DNA from: Hydrolagus affinis
Taxonomy: Eukaryota
DNA: 64,000 nt
Assembly (NCBI GenBank): GCA_012026655.1
Contig: JAAILG010000589.1
Coordinates: forward strand, 1-64,000
Direction: 5' to 3'
The translations under genes and the position numbers were made by a program. A model generated the notes under the pieces. It saw nothing but the letters and a program-made list of their open reading frames with translations. It had not been told where the DNA came from and searched no databases. Below, piece after piece: positions 60,725-64,000 of the stretch. Within the stretch, counting starts at the first letter, position 1; each line of letters begins with the position of its first letter.

Positions 60725-63700
60725 TATTTTCACTATCCTTGGAAGTACTGAAATGTTCAAATTGTAACTGAAGGGATGGTGGTCAGAAGCTTCCAGGGAA
60801 ATGGCTATTTTTTGTTTTTAAAAAAAAGTACCTGTACTCGGCTTTCAAGTAGGATTGTACTACATCTAGTCCACGTACATTGGCTCAGTAGAAAGGGACA
60901 GTACTGTTTTTAGTTGATGGATAATTTTCCAGTTTGCTGCCTAAATGTTAGTGAAAGATCCCTTAAACAGTTCTTTCAACCATAGTTTGCACAGCCTTTC
61001 ACTGCACATAACACAAAATGGGAACCTATAGAACAGGTATTGAAAAACACCGGTTCTATTTACTCAGCATTTTTTTTTAAAAAAAACAAATCTTGATTAA
61101 TGAGTATTTACAGGAAAGTATAAAGTTGTAGAGGCTGAAAGGAAATGAAGTATGTCGCAAGTGGAAATCTGCAGCTGTGAACTGCTACTGTGTGACAATC
61201 GGTGAATTAACGGTCACATAATGGTGCAAAGTGACAACTGGAAAGATGTGAATCAAATCAACTATAATTTTACATTGTGTTAATTTCCCCAGAGGTTTTT
61301 CGGGAAGTACACAGTAAAATGCCACGTGTTGCCTTGCCTGCCCTTTTTGTTCACTTTAGTGTGTACTTGATCTTCCTTTCCTTCACCACCCACTTGCAAT
61401 GTCAACAATATCCCTTCACATGCTTGCCTGGTTCTCGTTCTGTTAAACTATCGGCATTCATCATTTAATATCTTTGAGCAAGAAGTTTGGGTTTTATCAC
61501 TTACAGATATATTTGAAGTATTCGAACATTCTATCATATTCTACTTCCCATTAGTGTTCATTAAAATCGCATTAGGACTAGCTATTAAAATCAAATAATC
61601 GTTGTTTGCATGTGCCGACTATTTAAACCATTTTACTTTCTCGGAAATGTTGGCCACAGAAGAGAACAAGGAGACTTGATTTTTTGATGTCCACAGACTT
61701 CCTGGGACAGGACCATTAGAGTCAGGCATGAGGCAAAGATGCAATTGCAGCTTTGGTACTTTGGGGGGGAAAAAAAAATCAAACTCCACTTTCACTGAAG
61801 ATGGTGTTCGGGCTTTAGTCCAGATCTATCTGGATTGTTTGTGGCATATTTTGCCCAGGAATTGTACAGGAGAATGCCCTTAATATATTGACCTAGGCTA
61901 TGAAGGAAATTCCTTGAGATCTGGGCCCTTTCATGGTTGGGTGTACCCTATTTAATCTGATTATAAATTTTATCTTTTCAACTTTGCAGGTGCTTTAAAC
62001 ATTGCCCATCTAGCAGAATAAAAGATTTTCTTGCTTGTCTTGCTGTGGATTAAGAAAACGATGCAATTTGTGCTCTGGGTGTCTGGCTGTATTTGGTCTG
62101 CTTTGCATAAATCAAATCAAGTTAGTTTTCATATACTATCATACACTTAATATAGTATTGGTTATAAATGATTTCATCTACTTATCATCTATCACATTAT
62201 AGTAGATTGTATTGTGGATGTTCGGAGTTCATTTTAATCCTTTATTTTGGCTAAGTTTTGTGTGTAGTGCTTGCATTCAGATTCAGTTTTATTTCTTGTC
62301 TTGTGATAGTTAAGCGTATTATTGAAAGGGGAATTGTTCATTATCTCTGTGGTGAAAATCAAAAGTGTTCTGAATAGGATAAGGGGTTTTCATTTACCAA
62401 AAGGAGTCTTTAGTCTTTTCAAGGGTTAGATGTGCCTTTGACTTCTGCTGTATGGATTATATTATACAACAACCTGCATCAAGATAACCTCATTCAAGAT
62501 TGAATTTAACCAAAGGTGAGTAAATGCCAGTTATTAATGTAATGTTCCAACAAACAAAAGCTGCATTTTTTTGTGCAATCCACAAAACCATAGAATTCTT
62601 TAGTGATCTATGTATTATTCTCAAACTGTTGTTTTGTAGAGCGCATTTTGTACTGCAAAACTATCATTGCACTCACACTGCAGGAAATATATTGCATTTA
62701 ATTGATCGTTTTGACATCGGACATTAAACAAGAGTCATAGTTTCATGACAGTCCCATCTCCTGGAGGAAGTAACAACACGCAACTTCTCTGGCCTGAAGA
62801 TTTGCCATTGATATCTAAACCCAGTGTAGATATCAATGGATCAAATTCAATCGCTCAATACTCAACAAGAAATGTTCACACATAATGTTGTGCAGAATTA
62901 GAAAAAGTTTGCATTCCATTTGTACAATCAATGGAATTGGGAATTAATTTATTGTGCAACTAGAAATTTGAATTAAACTTCCATTGATTGTGTTCAGTAT
63001 ACACTGTCACAGAAGTTATTGTTTTTAACAAGGTGGTGTAAGAAAATAAAAAAAAATCATTTACCACTGGGTACTAAATTCTCTGAATGAGAAACCATTT
63101 TAATCTTCCAATGGATTCTAGTTTTAGGAGGAAAATCAGCTTTAGGAGGGTAAGTGACACCTTTCATCGCCTTGACGAAAACATTGTAGTTTTCTAATTT
63201 GTACATTTTGCCAGTTTACTGGACTACTGCATGCAAGTTGCCATATTCACCTGTAAAATATTGATTGTGCTATGAGTCGTGCCAGCTAGTTTTCAGTGTA
63301 TTTTTGTTTAAAATGTTGTTTCTCGTCAGATAAAAACACTGGCAGTCTGAAATTATGTGATGGCTTCTCAAAAGGCATTTAGTACATTTCATTACTGCAG
63401 CAAGCAGTATGCCCCAAATGGAAGAAAAACTAGGGACGGAAAAGTTGTGCAAGCATTATTTAAGTGTTTGGATTATTTTACACAACTTCATTCTTGCAAT
63501 ACAATATACAACAAATTATAATACAGATTACAATTTATAGAACCTTTCATGCCAGCAGGTTGTCCCATTGCCTGTTTTGTGTAATGTAGTTGCAGAAATC
63601 TTAAATATTAGCTGGTAATGGTGATAAACAAAGACGAGTTTAAGGTTTATGCCTTCTCAAATGTAATTCCGAGGTAAAAGCGTTTTACTATCCGCACGAA

Positions 63701-64000
63701 CTTCTGAAAATAGGCCAAATTGTTATTCAAGTTCCAATCACTCCTAAACATAGACTCTCCAGTAACAAGTCCACAAATAACTATCTTAATAGCAATTCTA
63801 CCTTCACACTAACAACCTGTTGAATATTTACCACACGAAAGAACTTCCGATAACTACTGAGCAGGTTATTGACGTACCAATTTTGATAATATTGATTACT
63901 TAATTGCTTTTTTCTGTCCTGTTCCTAGTACTGTATTTTTTTGGTGTGGTTGTTTGTCAACACTGATTTTTCAGATGTTCTACATGTAGATACTGTACCA

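Noticed and set aside
60800-64000. Possible 3' end of a neighbouring convergent gene
   Set aside because: No recognisable coding exon on either strand; cannot be supported from the sequence.

Overview
Repeat-rich vertebrate genomic DNA. The SINE, L2, CR1 and Penelope content points to a cartilaginous fish, probably a holocephalan such as Callorhinchus; this is an inference. Three spliced protein-coding genes were reconstructed by hand. (1) ELAPOR1/KIAA1324 on the minus strand, exons 1-16 (20319 down to 1176), with its 3' end beyond the left edge. (2) CFAP276/C1orf194 on the plus strand, 5 exons (24820-30217), head-to-head with ELAPOR1, largely invisible in the ORF track and preceded by tandem RFX X-boxes. 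(3) A complete SRPK1 on the plus strand, 16 exons (33877-59603, 669 aa), including a U12-type intron. Points of interest: two in-phase candidate alternative first exons inside SRPK1 intron 2, a Penelope-type minimal hammerhead ribozyme motif in sense orientation in the same intron, a GC-AG intron and GAG acceptor around ELAPOR1 exon 6, hAT MITEs (one nested in a SINE with an 8-bp TSD), and a cluster of hairpins downstream of SRPK1. Nearly all ORFs in the track are spurious or repeat-derived. Comparisons with human proteins and exon sizes are from memory, not from a search. Repeat boundaries are approximate.
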